Positions 8,230 to 17,453 of a stretch of 32,000 bases of DNA are shown in pieces (position 1 is the stretch's first letter; each line of letters starts with the position of its first letter). The notes beneath the pieces are model-generated. The model was given only the letters and a program-made list of their open reading frames with translations. It was not told where the DNA came from and did not search any database. The position numbers were made by a program, and so were the translations under genes. Source of the DNA: Nitratidesulfovibrio vulgaris str. Hildenborough (GTDB lineage: Bacteria; Desulfobacterota; Desulfovibrionia; Desulfovibrionales; Desulfovibrionaceae); assembly GCF_000195755.1 (NCBI RefSeq), contig NC_002937.3, forward strand, positions 3,300,001 through 3,332,000, written 5' to 3'.

Positions 8230-11121
8230 ATGACACTCAAGCGCAAGCTCATGGTCGGATTCATCCTTGCCCTGTTCGTGACCTGCACTCTCATAGCCGG
8301 AGTCAACTGGTACTTCGCCCACGACGGCATGAACGGCATCGGCGACACTGCAGTGGAAGCCATGAAGGACAGGGCACGCGGGCAGCTTGAGAGCATTCGC
8401 AGCGCCAAGGCCCTGCACATCGAAGACCTGTTCCAACGCATCCGCAACCAGACACGCACGCTGGCAGAGAGTCTCACCGTCCGTGAGGCCGCAACGACAC
8501 TGAGTGCGGCCTATTTCACGGTGCAAGGCGAGACCACTGGCGCGCTCGACGCCAAGGCACTGCGAGGCAAGCTGACCGAGGACTATGCCGGGGCGAACTA
8601 TCTCGCCAACCCGACCTTCGCCACCCATGCCCGCACCGCGAAGGGCTACGCCCCCCGTCCTGCGGAAACGTACCTGCCGAAAGATGCCAACGGCATCATC
8701 CTGCAGGCGATGTACGTGCACCCTTCGGGCAACCCCAACCCGCTGGGCGAAAAGCACCGCCTCGACGCCAACCCGCTGGCGTCCACCTACAACACCCTGC
8801 ACCGCAAGTACCATCCCATACTGCGCAACTATCTGACGACGTTCGGCTACTACGACATCTTCATCATCGATGCCGCCAGCGGCGTCATCGTCTATACGGT
8901 CTTCAAGGAGAAGGACTACGCCACCTCACTGCTGACGGGCCCCTACCGCGACACGGGGCTGGGCGCGGTCTTTCGCGAGGCGGTGGAGAACGGACGCAAG
9001 GGACGGCGCGACGCCGTATCCATCTCCGACTTCGCCCCCTACGAACCCAGCTACAACGCTCCGGCGGCCTTCATAGCAGCACCGGTCTTCGACGACCGGG
9101 GAACATGCCAGGCCGTGCTGGCCTTCCAGATGCCCGTGGACAACATCGACCGCATCATGACCTCGAACGGACGCTGGCAGGAGGTGGGGCTTGGCACCAC
9201 GGGTGAGACCTACCTCGTGGGCCCCGACATGCACCCGCGTTCGAAGCTGCGCGCCGCCTCCGGGGCATCGGACGAGGTCGTCGTCGACAGCGAGGCGGCA
9301 CGCAAGGCCCTCGGTGGCGAGTCGGGCACGGCCACCATCAGGGACTACCGCGGCAAGAACGTCCTCGCGGCATGGCAGCCACTGCGTCTGGAAGGTCTCC
9401 ACTACGGCCTCATCGCCGAAATCGACATCGACGAGGCCCTCCTTGCCGCCAGCAAGATAACCGCCGCACGACAGGGTGCCGAAGCGCGCACGCTCTGGGG
9501 CACGCTACTGGTGCTCGCCCTCGGCACGCTGCTCGGGTCGGGCATCGCCATAGCGCTGGTGGGCGCTCTCTCCAGACCGCTTCAACGGCTACAGGTCTAC
9601 GCGGGAGACGTGGCCGCGGGCAACCTCGACGCGCGCCCCGAAGGGCAGTACCCGGCCGAACTCGACGCCATGCGCCACTCCATCGAGAGCATGGTGCAGA
9701 ACCTGCGTATGCGCATCCATGAGGCTGACGCCAAGGGCATGGAAGCCGCCGACAGCGCACAGGCGGCACAGGCCGCGCTGGACAAGGCCCGGGCATCCGA
9801 AACCCGCATCAAGGGCCTCATGGAACGCATGACCGGGGCGGCAGGCAAGGCCCGCAGCGTGTCGGAACACGTCTCACGTTCCATCAACGACCTCACCGCG
9901 CAGGTGCACACCATCACGCAGGGCGTCGAGACGCAGCGCCACCGCATGGACGACACGGCGCAAGCCATGGATACCATGCGCACCATGGTCTCCGATGTGG
10001 CTGACAATGCCCGGCGGGCGGCGGAACAGGCCGACCTTTCACGTGGGCACGCGCAGCAGGGCGCCTCGGGAGTGGGCGAGGCCGTGGCCTCCATCGGTCA
10101 GGTCCGCGAACGCATCGAACGCCTCAACACCGCCATGGCCCGCCTCGGTGAAGAGGCCGACAGCATCGGCAAGGTCATGTCCGTCATCTCCGACATCGCC
10201 GACCAGACCAACCTGCTGGCCCTCAACGCAGCCATCGAGGCGGCAAGGGCGGGGGACGCCGGGCGCGGGTTCGCCGTGGTGGCCGACGAAGTGCGCAAAC
10301 TCGCAGAGAAGACCATGCAGGCGACAGGCGAGGTCGGCAGTGCCGTCACGCGCATACAGACCCACACCCGAGACAACATCGCCGCCGTTGAGACAGCCAT
10401 GCGCGAAGCCACAGCGTCGGCGGACGCGGCGACGGCATCGGGCCGGGTCATGGACGACATCGTCTCCCGCGTGGACGAGACGGCGGGCATGGTGCAGTCC
10501 ATCGCCGCAGCCAGCGACCAGCAGGCCGCGGCCGCGACCATGGTGGGGCGCAACGTGGAGGAGGTGAACGCCATCGCAGGTGACACGGCCGCCTCCATGA
10601 GCCACTTCGCAGGCACACTGGAGGACATCTTCTCGCAAGTACAGGAACTGTTCTCCATGATCGAGGTCATCAGCACCGGCGAAGAGGGGGTATCGGTACT
10701 GGCCGATACGGGTGACGCGGATGTGCTCGTGAAATGGTCCGAAGACCTCGCCAACCTGCCGAGCATCGATACGCAGCACAAGCGTCTCGTGGACTACATC
10801 AACGACCTCTACCGGGCCGCACGACGCAGGGACATGGACAAGGCACGGGAGGTGTTCGACGCGCTCAAGAACTACGCCGTGGAGCATTTCGGGTACGAGG
10901 AGAGGCTCTTCGCAGACTATGCCTACCCCGAAGCGACACGTCACAAGGAGATACATCGCCGCTTCGTCGAGACCGTTCTCAAATGGGAGAAGCAACTGGC
11001 TGCCGGAGACCCGGAGGTGGTGATGACCACACTGCGCGGACTCGTCGACTGGCTGGTGAACCATATCATGAAGGAGGACAAGAAGTACGAGGCGTACTTG
11101 CGCGAACGCGGAGTCTCCTGA
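8230..11121 (+). CDS. dcrH: methyl-accepting chemotaxis protein with a periplasmic double-Cache-like sensor, HAMP, MCP signalling domain and a C-terminal hemerythrin domain
   Basis: The track ORF starts at 8215, but ATG 8230 ([17 protein letters not shown]..., TM1) follows GGGGAGGAA. A ~400-aa periplasmic region precedes TM2 ([27 protein letters not shown]) and a HAMP domain. The MCP hairpin core is [43 protein letters not shown]. The last ~130 aa carry the hemerythrin ligand pattern H...HxxxE...HxxxH...HxxxxD ([36 protein letters not shown]). Confidence 0.92.
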   Translation: MTLKRKLMVGFILALFVTCTLIAGVNWYFAHDGMNGIGDTAVEAMKDRARGQLESIRSAKALHIEDLFQRIRNQTRTLAESLTVREAATTLSAAYFTVQGETTGALDAKALRGKLTEDYAGANYLANPTFATHARTAKGYAPRPAETYLPKDANGIILQAMYVHPSGNPNPLGEKHRLDANPLASTYNTLHRKYHPILRNYLTTFGYYDIFIIDAASGVIVYTVFKEKDYATSLLTGPYRDTGLGAVFREAVENGRKGRRDAVSISDFAPYEPSYNAPAAFIAAPVFDDRGTCQAVLAFQMPVDNIDRIMTSNGRWQEVGLGTTGETYLVGPDMHPRSKLRAASGASDEVVVDSEAARKALGGESGTATIRDYRGKNVLAAWQPLRLEGLHYGLIAEIDIDEALLAASKITAARQGAEARTLWGTLLVLALGTLLGSGIAIALVGALSRPLQRLQVYAGDVAAGNLDARPEGQYPAELDAMRHSIESMVQNLRMRIHEADAKGMEAADSAQAAQAALDKARASETRIKGLMERMTGAAGKARSVSEHVSRSINDLTAQVHTITQGVETQRHRMDDTAQAMDTMRTMVSDVADNARRAAEQADLSRGHAQQGASGVGEAVASIGQVRERIERLNTAMARLGEEADSIGKVMSVISDIADQTNLLALNAAIEAARAGDAGRGFAVVADEVRKLAEKTMQATGEVGSAVTRIQTHTRDNIAAVETAMREATASADAATASGRVMDDIVSRVDETAGMVQSIAAASDQQAAAATMVGRNVEEVNAIAGDTAASMSHFAGTLEDIFSQVQELFSMIEVISTGEEGVSVLADTGDADVLVKWSEDLANLPSIDTQHKRLVDYINDLYRAARRRDMDKAREVFDALKNYAVEHFGYEERLFADYAYPEATRHKEIHRRFVETVLKWEKQLAAGDPEVVMTTLRGLVDWLVNHIMKEDKKYEAYLRERGVS

Positions 11122-11302
11122 CGCGCACCCCACGAAAACCCTGCGCACCGCTGGACCTTCGGCGGGCACGGGAGGCCATGGCGATGAACATGCCGAAGGG
11201 CTTGCGGGGGGACTTGCGGACGGGACATGAGGACTGCGCGGGCGAGCTGGAACGCCCCCCCATGACACGCAGGCAAGTCGGGCCGAGTCAAATCGGGACG
11301 GT

Positions 11303-11338
11303 CGGGCCTGACGGGCCTGACGGGGCTGCCGGGCCGAA
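11303..11338. repeat. 9-bp tandem repeat, 4 units (2 perfect, 2 degenerate), in the dcrH-glmS spacer
   Basis: The units are CGGGCCTGA, CGGGCCTGA, CGGGGCTGC and CGGGCCGAA. Confidence 0.85.
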
Positions 11339-11392
11339 TCGGCAGGCCCTGGCCGCACAGCCAGACAGGGCCTTCAGGGCATTTCAGGATGC

Positions 11393-11402
11393 GGGGGGGG
11401 GG
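11393..11402. repeat. G10 homopolymer tract (intergenic)
   Basis: Ten consecutive G at 11393-11402, about 210 nt upstream of the glmS start. Confidence 0.95.
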
Positions 11403-11429
11403 TGGCTGCAGGAGCGGGCACTCAGGGGC

Positions 11430-11454
11430 CTACATGCACGGGCCGGGCATGTAG
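11430..11454 (+). promoter_or_regulatory. perfect 8-bp hairpin/palindrome in the glmS upstream region
   Basis: CTACATGC (11430-11437), a 9-nt loop, then GCATGTAG (11447-11454). The function is unknown; it could be a leader structure or a protein-binding site. Confidence 0.4.
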
Positions 11455-11610
11455 CGTTCTCCGACACTGTTGCTACGGCGCGCCCTACCTGCTAAAGAGG
11501 CAGTCGCGGAGAAGGCGTGCGACACAGCGTCGCCGCCCCGCCAACCTCTACGGCCCGCGCCGCGCCACATACCGCGTGCGGGCGCCACGTCCTCCAAGGA
11601 GCTCTGGCCT

Positions 11611-13434
11611 ATGTGCGGCATCATCGGCTACGCCGGTCATCGTCCCGCCGTTCCCGTCGTCATCGAAGGTTTGCGCCGTCTCGAATACCGCGGATACGAC
11701 TCCGCAGGCGTCGCCTTCGTCCAGAATCGCGAACTCAATACCGTCCGGGCCGAGGGCAAGCTCGCGGCCCTCGAAGAGCGTCTCGCCGGATGTCCCAACA
11801 CCGTGGCCACCACGGGCATGGGCCATACCCGCTGGGCCACCCACGGCGTACCGGCCGAACGCAACGCCCACCCCCACAAATCCAACGACGGTTCTCTCGC
11901 CATCGTCCACAACGGCATCATCGAGAACTATCAGGAGCTGAAGAACGACCTGCTCGCCAAGGGCTACGTCTTCCACTCCGAGACCGACACCGAAGTGCTG
12001 GCGAACCTCATCGCCGAGGGGCGCAAGCATACAGCCACCACGCTCGACGCCTTCGCATGGGCGCTGCGGCAGGCCCACGGAGCCTACGCCGTGGCCCTCA
12101 CCACCCCCGAAGAACCCGACGTGCTCTACGCCGCCCGTCTTTCGGCACCGCTCATCCTCGGTGTCGGCACGGGTGAGAACTTCGTGGCCTCCGACATCCC
12201 CGCCTTCCTGCCCTACACCCGCGACGTGGTGTTCCTCGAAGACGGCGAACTTGTCCGCCTCGACGCCCATTCGTGGAAGGTCATGCGCATCGCCGACCTC
12301 TCTGCGGTCGACAAGCCCGTCCACCACATCCAGTGGGACATGCAGGCCGCCCAGAAGGGTGGCTACAAGCATTTCATGCTCAAGGAGATCTTCGAGCAGC
12401 CCAAGGTCGTCACCGACTGCCTCGCCGGCCGCGTGGACTGGGCCCGCGAAGAGGTGACCCTGCCTGAACTCGCCGCCCTACCCGTGCCGAAGCGCCTGCA
12501 CATCGTGGCCTGCGGCACCTCGCTGCACGCAGGCATGTGGGGCAAGCACCTGCTCGAGAGCTGGGCCAAGGTGCCGGTGAGCGTGGAGATTGCCTCCGAA
12601 TTCCGCTACCGCGACATCCTCCTCGACCCCGAAGACATGGTGCTCGTCATCAGCCAGTCGGGCGAGACCGCCGACACGCTGGCGGGCCTTCGCATCGCCC
12701 GCGAGAAGGGTGTGAAGGTGGCGGGCCTGTGCAACGTGGTGGGGTCGTCCATCGCCCGTGAGGCCGATGCGGTCATCTACACGCAGGCGGGGCCCGAAAT
12801 CAGCGTGGCATCCACCAAGGCCATGTGCAGCCAGATGGTGCTGCTCACCCTGCTGGCCCTCTACTGGGGCCGCCGCAAGGCCACGCTCGCCGACGATGTG
12901 CGCCACGAGGCCCTCTCCGCCCTGCGCAAGCTACCGGGGCAACTCGAGAGTGCGCTCCCCGGCATGCGTGACGAGGCGCAGCAACTGGCCCGCACCTACT
13001 CCAAGGCGCGCAGCTTCTTCTACCTCGGCCGTGGGCACTGCTTTCCGCTGGCCCTCGAAGGTGCCCTCAAGCTCAAGGAAATCTCCTACATCCACGCCGA
13101 GGGCTATGCCTCCGGCGAGATGAAGCACGGCCCCATCGCCCTCATCGACCCGGAGTTCCCCACCTTTGCCCTCGCCCTCGCCGACGACCTCTTCCCCAAG
13201 GTGAAGTCGAACATCGAAGAGGTGCAGGCACGACGCGGCAAGGTCATCGCCCTGACCAACCCCGGTGTGGAAGTGCGCGTCGACAATCCGTGGGTGGTGC
13301 CCGCCGCATGGGGCCCGCTGGCGGCCTTCATCGCCTTGCCCGCCCTCCAGCTTTTCAGCTACGAGGCGGCAGACTACCTCGGCAAGGACGTCGACCAGCC
13401 TCGCAACCTCGCCAAGAGCGTGACGGTGGAATGA
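11611..13434 (+). CDS. glmS: glutamine--fructose-6-phosphate aminotransferase (isomerizing)
   Basis: The track ORF starts at 11470. The real start is ATG 11611, giving the obligatory MCGIIGY N-terminal nucleophile, and it follows AAGGAG at 11596-11601. Two SIS domains are present, and the protein ends with the canonical NLAKSVTVE. Length is 607 aa. Confidence 0.96.
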   Translation: MCGIIGYAGHRPAVPVVIEGLRRLEYRGYDSAGVAFVQNRELNTVRAEGKLAALEERLAGCPNTVATTGMGHTRWATHGVPAERNAHPHKSNDGSLAIVHNGIIENYQELKNDLLAKGYVFHSETDTEVLANLIAEGRKHTATTLDAFAWALRQAHGAYAVALTTPEEPDVLYAARLSAPLILGVGTGENFVASDIPAFLPYTRDVVFLEDGELVRLDAHSWKVMRIADLSAVDKPVHHIQWDMQAAQKGGYKHFMLKEIFEQPKVVTDCLAGRVDWAREEVTLPELAALPVPKRLHIVACGTSLHAGMWGKHLLESWAKVPVSVEIASEFRYRDILLDPEDMVLVISQSGETADTLAGLRIAREKGVKVAGLCNVVGSSIAREADAVIYTQAGPEISVASTKAMCSQMVLLTLLALYWGRRKATLADDVRHEALSALRKLPGQLESALPGMRDEAQQLARTYSKARSFFYLGRGHCFPLALEGALKLKEISYIHAEGYASGEMKHGPIALIDPEFPTFALALADDLFPKVKSNIEEVQARRGKVIALTNPGVEVRVDNPWVVPAAWGPLAAFIALPALQLFSYEAADYLGKDVDQPRNLAKSVTVE

Positions 13435-13458
13435 TCCTGCGTCTGACCTGATGCCAAG

Positions 13459-13495
13459 GGGCCGTGGTGAACCAGTTCGCCACGGCCCTTCTTGC
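13459..13495 (+). terminator. rho-independent-type terminator after glmS
   Basis: A 9-bp stem pairs GGGCCGTGG (13459-13467) with CCACGGCCC (13480-13488) across a 12-nt loop, followed by TTCTTGC. Confidence 0.55.
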
Positions 13496-13722
13496 TGGGA
13501 CATCGTGGCATCGGGCACAGGCGCGACCTGCGCCATGATGCGGGCATAGGCCGGTCTGTGCCAGACCTCGACCCCGTGGTCATGCCTCACCACGCAACGG
13601 TCTGCAGGAGGCACCCCCGGGACATCCCCTGCGGCAAAGATGTACCCGCCCTGCCACCCCGGACTGGCGCGAATCCGCGGAAAAAGCTACCAAGGTGCAA
13701 CACCCGAAACCGGATACGAACC

Positions 13723-15165
13723 ATGAAGCCTGCCCAGAATCATCACGCCGTACGACAGCCCGTCCCGGCTGGCCCGGCTGGCCCAGTCCGCCCGAGAGGA
13801 CTGGCACTCCACCTCCTTGTCGTACTTCTGCTCTGCGCCGTCGCGCCATTCACCCATGGAGATGAAGCCCTTGCCGGTGTCTCCGCCGCAACTGACGGCA
13901 CAGCCTACGCTTTCCCGGAAGCCGACCCGCTGCGGGCCACCGTCTTCGGCACCCCTCCGGGCCTCCAGCACCAGACGCGTCTGCCCGCCCATGACGTGCG
14001 ACGTGAAGTCCGCATCGAAGGTCGCGAAGTTCCTGACATCTTCTGGTACGACAGGTCGTTGCGCTACACCCTGGCCCTCCAGCGCGGCCCCGCACCGCTG
14101 GTCTTCATCATCGCGGGCACAGGGGCTGGCGACAACGCGGGCAAGATGCGCTTTCTCACCCGCCTCTTCCACGACGCGGGCTATCACTGCGTGGCCCTGC
14201 CGTCGCCCACGCATATGAACTTCATGGTCAGCATGTCGCACACCCGCGTGGCAGGCTACGTTCCCGACGACGTGGCCGACCTCTACCGCGTCATGCGCTG
14301 GATGCTGGAGGAGGTCCGCAGCCGCGTCGAGGTCACGGGCACAGCCGTCACGGGCTACAGCCTCGGCGGACTTCATGCGGCCTACCTCGCGAAGATGGAT
14401 GAGGAACGGGGCGACTTCGGCTTTCGGCGCGTACTGATGATCAACCCGCCCGCAAGCCTCTTCGACTCCGCCTCGCGCTTCGACGCATGGCTGTCGCCCG
14501 AGGCTCTCGGCGGCACATCGGCAGACCTCTTCGACCGCTTCTTCGACCAGTTCGCGGACTTCTATCGCAAGAGCGAGCGCGTCGGTTTCGACGACGAGTT
14601 CCTCTACCGGTTCTCGCAGAAGGTGGAGGCCTCCCCCACCGAGATGCGCGGCGTCATCGGCCTCTCTTTCCGCCTCACCGCCGCCACCATGATCTTCACC
14701 TCTGACGCGCTGCACCGTTCCGGCTATGTCATCCCCAAGGATGCACAGCCCGGCCCCTTCGACGACCTCATGCCCTATTTCAAGGCGGCGGCAGGACTCG
14801 GGTTCACCACCTACCTCGACGAGTACATGCTGCCCTTCCTGCTGCAACGGCAGCCCGACCTCACGCGCGAGGCGGTCATCCGGGCATGCAGCCTCGAACC
14901 CATCACCGGATTCCTTGCCCATAGCCCCAAGATACGAGCCATCGGCAACGCCGACGACCCCATCCTCACCGCAGGCAATCTCGCCTATCTCAAGAGCACT
15001 CTCGGTGACAGGCTCACCCTGTTCCCCACGGGCGGGCATTGCGGCAACCTGAACTACGGCCCGTTCGCCACCCGCATGGTCGACCTCATGAACGCGGAGT
15101 ACGGCAACCCCCGGGCGAGTGGAACAGCCATGAACTCCGGACTCGCAGACGGAGGTGCACGATGA
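13723..15165 (+). CDS. exported alpha/beta-fold serine hydrolase (esterase/lipase-like), function unknown
   Basis: The track ORF starts at 13492 within the glmS terminator region. ATG 13723 gives a signal-peptide-like N-terminus (MKPAQN...GLALHLLVVLLLCAVAPFTHG). The nucleophile elbow is GYSLGG, with candidate Asp in NADDPI and His in GGHCGN. The stop overlaps the mlaA start (ATGA at 15162-15165). No strong RBS is present, so the start is uncertain. Confidence 0.7.
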   Translation: MKPAQNHHAVRQPVPAGPAGPVRPRGLALHLLVVLLLCAVAPFTHGDEALAGVSAATDGTAYAFPEADPLRATVFGTPPGLQHQTRLPAHDVRREVRIEGREVPDIFWYDRSLRYTLALQRGPAPLVFIIAGTGAGDNAGKMRFLTRLFHDAGYHCVALPSPTHMNFMVSMSHTRVAGYVPDDVADLYRVMRWMLEEVRSRVEVTGTAVTGYSLGGLHAAYLAKMDEERGDFGFRRVLMINPPASLFDSASRFDAWLSPEALGGTSADLFDRFFDQFADFYRKSERVGFDDEFLYRFSQKVEASPTEMRGVIGLSFRLTAATMIFTSDALHRSGYVIPKDAQPGPFDDLMPYFKAAAGLGFTTYLDEYMLPFLLQRQPDLTREAVIRACSLEPITGFLAHSPKIRAIGNADDPILTAGNLAYLKSTLGDRLTLFPTGGHCGNLNYGPFATRMVDLMNAEYGNPRASGTAMNSGLADGGAR

Positions 15166-16049
15166 CCGCGTGGACACCTTCGGCCCTTCCAGCCACCCCC
15201 TCGGCGCAGGACGCCGTAGTGCGCCCCGCAGCCCGCCATCTCCTGTCGCGCCTCGTCCTGACGCACCTCGTCCGGGGGCTGACCATCGCCATGCTCGCAG
15301 CAGGCCTTGCCGGATGCGCCGCCACCATGGAGAACCCTGCCGGGGCCGCCCCGCCACCGCCCTTCACGGCGCCCGTGACGCACGCCCCGGAACATAAGGC
15401 CCCACCGCGCGACGCCGCCACGCAGGTCGAACGCGACGACCCCCTCGAGGCCTACAACCGTCGCATGTACGCCTTCAACGCGCGACTCGACAGATACGTG
15501 TTCCTGCCCGTGGTCGACCTGTACGAGACGGTGGTCCCGCAACCCTTCCGCAACGGCATCGGCAACGTCTTCGACAACGTGGGCGAGATACCCACCTTCG
15601 CCAACTGCCTGTTGCAGGGGCGTTTCGACAAGAGCGCCATCACGCTGGGACGCTTCGCGCTCAACACCACCTTCGGTCTTCTGGGGCTGTTCGATGTCGC
15701 GGAAGGTGCCGGTCTCTATGCACAGGACGAGGACTTCGGCCAGACCCTCGGGGTATGGGGCGTGCCTGCGGGACCCTATGTCATACTCCCCGTACTCGGC
15801 CCCTCCACGGTGCGAGACACGGCGGGCTACGCCGGTGACTTCGGCTTGCGCTACATGGTCTACGACACGCTGTACGAAGAGACGGGCAACGCCGATGCCA
15901 CCGCGTTGCGATGGGGTGTCACCGCGCTTGAAGCCGTCGACACGCGTTCGCGCATCCCCTTGCGCTACTACGATGCGGGAACGCCTTTCGAGTACGAATG
16001 GCTGCGCTTCCTGTACCTTGAGAAACGCAAGGCCGACATCGCGCGCTGA
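15162..16049 (+). CDS. mlaA: MlaA/VacJ family outer-membrane lipoprotein
   Basis: The start ATG at 15162 lies 6 nt after GGAGG. The lipobox is LAGC. The conserved MlaA core includes DPLEAYNRRMYAFNARLDRYVFLPVVDLY, GNVFDNVGE, TTFGLLGLFDVA and DFGQTLGVWGVPAGPYVILPVLGPSTVRD. Confidence 0.88.
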   Translation: MTAWTPSALPATPSAQDAVVRPAARHLLSRLVLTHLVRGLTIAMLAAGLAGCAATMENPAGAAPPPPFTAPVTHAPEHKAPPRDAATQVERDDPLEAYNRRMYAFNARLDRYVFLPVVDLYETVVPQPFRNGIGNVFDNVGEIPTFANCLLQGRFDKSAITLGRFALNTTFGLLGLFDVAEGAGLYAQDEDFGQTLGVWGVPAGPYVILPVLGPSTVRDTAGYAGDFGLRYMVYDTLYEETGNADATALRWGVTALEAVDTRSRIPLRYYDAGTPFEYEWLRFLYLEKRKADIAR

Positions 16050-16082
16050 CCGTCCAGTCTGCACACCAATGTTTAGAGACAG

Positions 16083-16114
16083 CAGGGCGCGTCACCGCAA
16101 GGAGACGCGCCCTG
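16083..16114. terminator. perfect 11-bp hairpin between convergent mlaA and gpsA (likely bidirectional terminator)
   Basis: CAGGGCGCGTC (16083-16093), a 10-nt loop, then GACGCGCCCTG (16104-16114). Neither side has a clear U-tract. Confidence 0.55.
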
Positions 16115-16169
16115 AATACGACCTGACATCGAAAACCTTCCGGAAGCCTTCCGGACGCCATTCGACTCC

Positions 16170-17162
16170 TTACTCTTCGCGAAGCTCGCGTGTCATGAGT
16201 TCCTGCACCATGTCACGAGGGTCGCGCCCGTCATGCAGCACGGCGTACATGGCCTGTGTGATGGGCAGGTCGACACCTTCACGCTGCGCCAACTCGTACA
16301 CAGCCTCGGTTGTCTTCACGCCTTCGGCCACCATGCCCATGCCCGCGACGATGGCATCGAGCCCCTGCCCTTCGGCAAGACGAAGCCCCACCTGCCGGTT
16401 GCGCGACAGGTCACCCGTACAGGTGAGCACGAGGTCACCAAGCCCCGAAAGCCCCATGAACGTCGACCCCCGCGCCCCGAGTGCGACGCCAAGCCGTCCC
16501 ATCTCCGCAAGTCCTCGGGTGATGAGTCCGGCGCGCGCGTTGCTGCCGAAGCCGAGGCCGTCGGAAAGGCCTGCGGCGATGGCGATGACGTTCTTGACCG
16601 CCCCGCCGAGTTCGACACCGCGAACATCGGTGCACGAGTAGGTGCGGAACGTCGGGGTGGAGAACACCTCACGCAAGGTGCCGCCAAGGTCGCGGTCTGC
16701 ACAGCCGAGCACCACGGCGGTGGGCATTCCGGCAACGACCTCCGCGGCGAACGAAGGGCCGGAGATGACAGCGTAGCGGGGTGCCAACCCCGCAAGCTCG
16801 TCTTCGACCATCTCGCCCACGGTGCGCAGACCGTCCGTCTCTATGCCCTTGCTGGCGCTGACCACCACCATGCCGGTCTTCAGCCGTGGGCGAAGACTGC
16901 GCAGCACTGTGCGGGTCTGCTGGCAGGGCACGACGGAAAGCAGGATGTCCGCCCCCTCAAGAGCCTCACCCGCGTCACAGGTGGCCCGTAGCGCCTCATG
17001 CAGGTGCAGCCCCTTGAGATAGCGAGGATTCTCATGGTCGCGGTTCACGCCTTCGACCACAGCGGGGTCGCGCACCCACAGGCGCACGTCCTCGCCCTTT
17101 CCCGCCAGTAGATGCGCAAGGGCCGTGCCCCAGCTACCACCGCCCAGTACAGCTATCTTCAT
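16170..17162 (-). CDS. gpsA: NAD(P)H-dependent glycerol-3-phosphate dehydrogenase
   Basis: The protein starts MKIAVLGGGSWGTALAHLLA (Rossmann fold) and contains the GpsA core EVVAGMPTAVVLG and NVIAIAAGLSDGLGFG. The track start at 17168 is GTG. ATG at 17162 follows GAGGAG with a 5-nt spacer. Confidence 0.93.
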   Translation of the reverse strand: MKIAVLGGGSWGTALAHLLAGKGEDVRLWVRDPAVVEGVNRDHENPRYLKGLHLHEALRATCDAGEALEGADILLSVVPCQQTRTVLRSLRPRLKTGMVVVSASKGIETDGLRTVGEMVEDELAGLAPRYAVISGPSFAAEVVAGMPTAVVLGCADRDLGGTLREVFSTPTFRTYSCTDVRGVELGGAVKNVIAIAAGLSDGLGFGSNARAGLITRGLAEMGRLGVALGARGSTFMGLSGLGDLVLTCTGDLSRNRQVGLRLAEGQGLDAIVAGMGMVAEGVKTTEAVYELAQREGVDLPITQAMYAVLHDGRDPRDMVQELMTRELREE

Positions 17163-17453
17163 CGTCACTCCTCACGCGCCGCGAGTTGCAGGATGCAGGG
17201 GCGCGCCGTCACGCATACGGCAAAGCAGCCCCGTCCTCAACCACCGGCGAAAGACACGGCAAAAGATATCCGATGCGCCCCCGCCCCCCGAACTACAACG
17301 CAAAACCGTTGACTCGAAGACAGAACCCGGTGCACGATATGGAGATTTCATTCGCTGGTGTCCTCTCCGGGCCGGGCATCACACAGGCGCCCACGGAGAA
17401 GACCGCAGCGGGTCGAACAGACACACATCGATTCAGACAGGAAAGGGGGCATA

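Noticed and set aside
11122-11610. Possible glmS ribozyme in the long glmS 5' region.
   Set aside because: I could not find the conserved ribozyme core by eye, and the ribozyme is characteristic of Firmicutes and relatives, not this lineage. The region is reported as an unexplained leader or regulatory region. An Infernal scan would settle it.
13687-15357. 556-aa ORF on the - strand. Other long antisense ORFs are at 15054-16064 (-), 16233-16991 (+), 17589-18563 (-), 18612-20123 (-), 20847-22325 (-), 24095-25993 (-) and 25582-26937 (-).
   Set aside because: The reasoning is the same. They run opposite to well-supported genes (hydrolase/mlaA, gpsA, the ugp-like operon, the HD gene, hemL, cbiG), have Arg/Gly/His-rich composition, and lack both RBS and domain signatures.
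17309-17340. TTGACT -35-like hexamer in the gpsA/ugpC divergent region, and a search for Pho-box-like repeats upstream of the ugp-like operon.
   Set aside because: No acceptable -10 box lies at 16-18 nt spacing; the nearest A/T-rich hexamer, CGATAT, is 20 nt away. I found no CTGTCAT-type direct repeats, so Pho control cannot be supported from the sequence.
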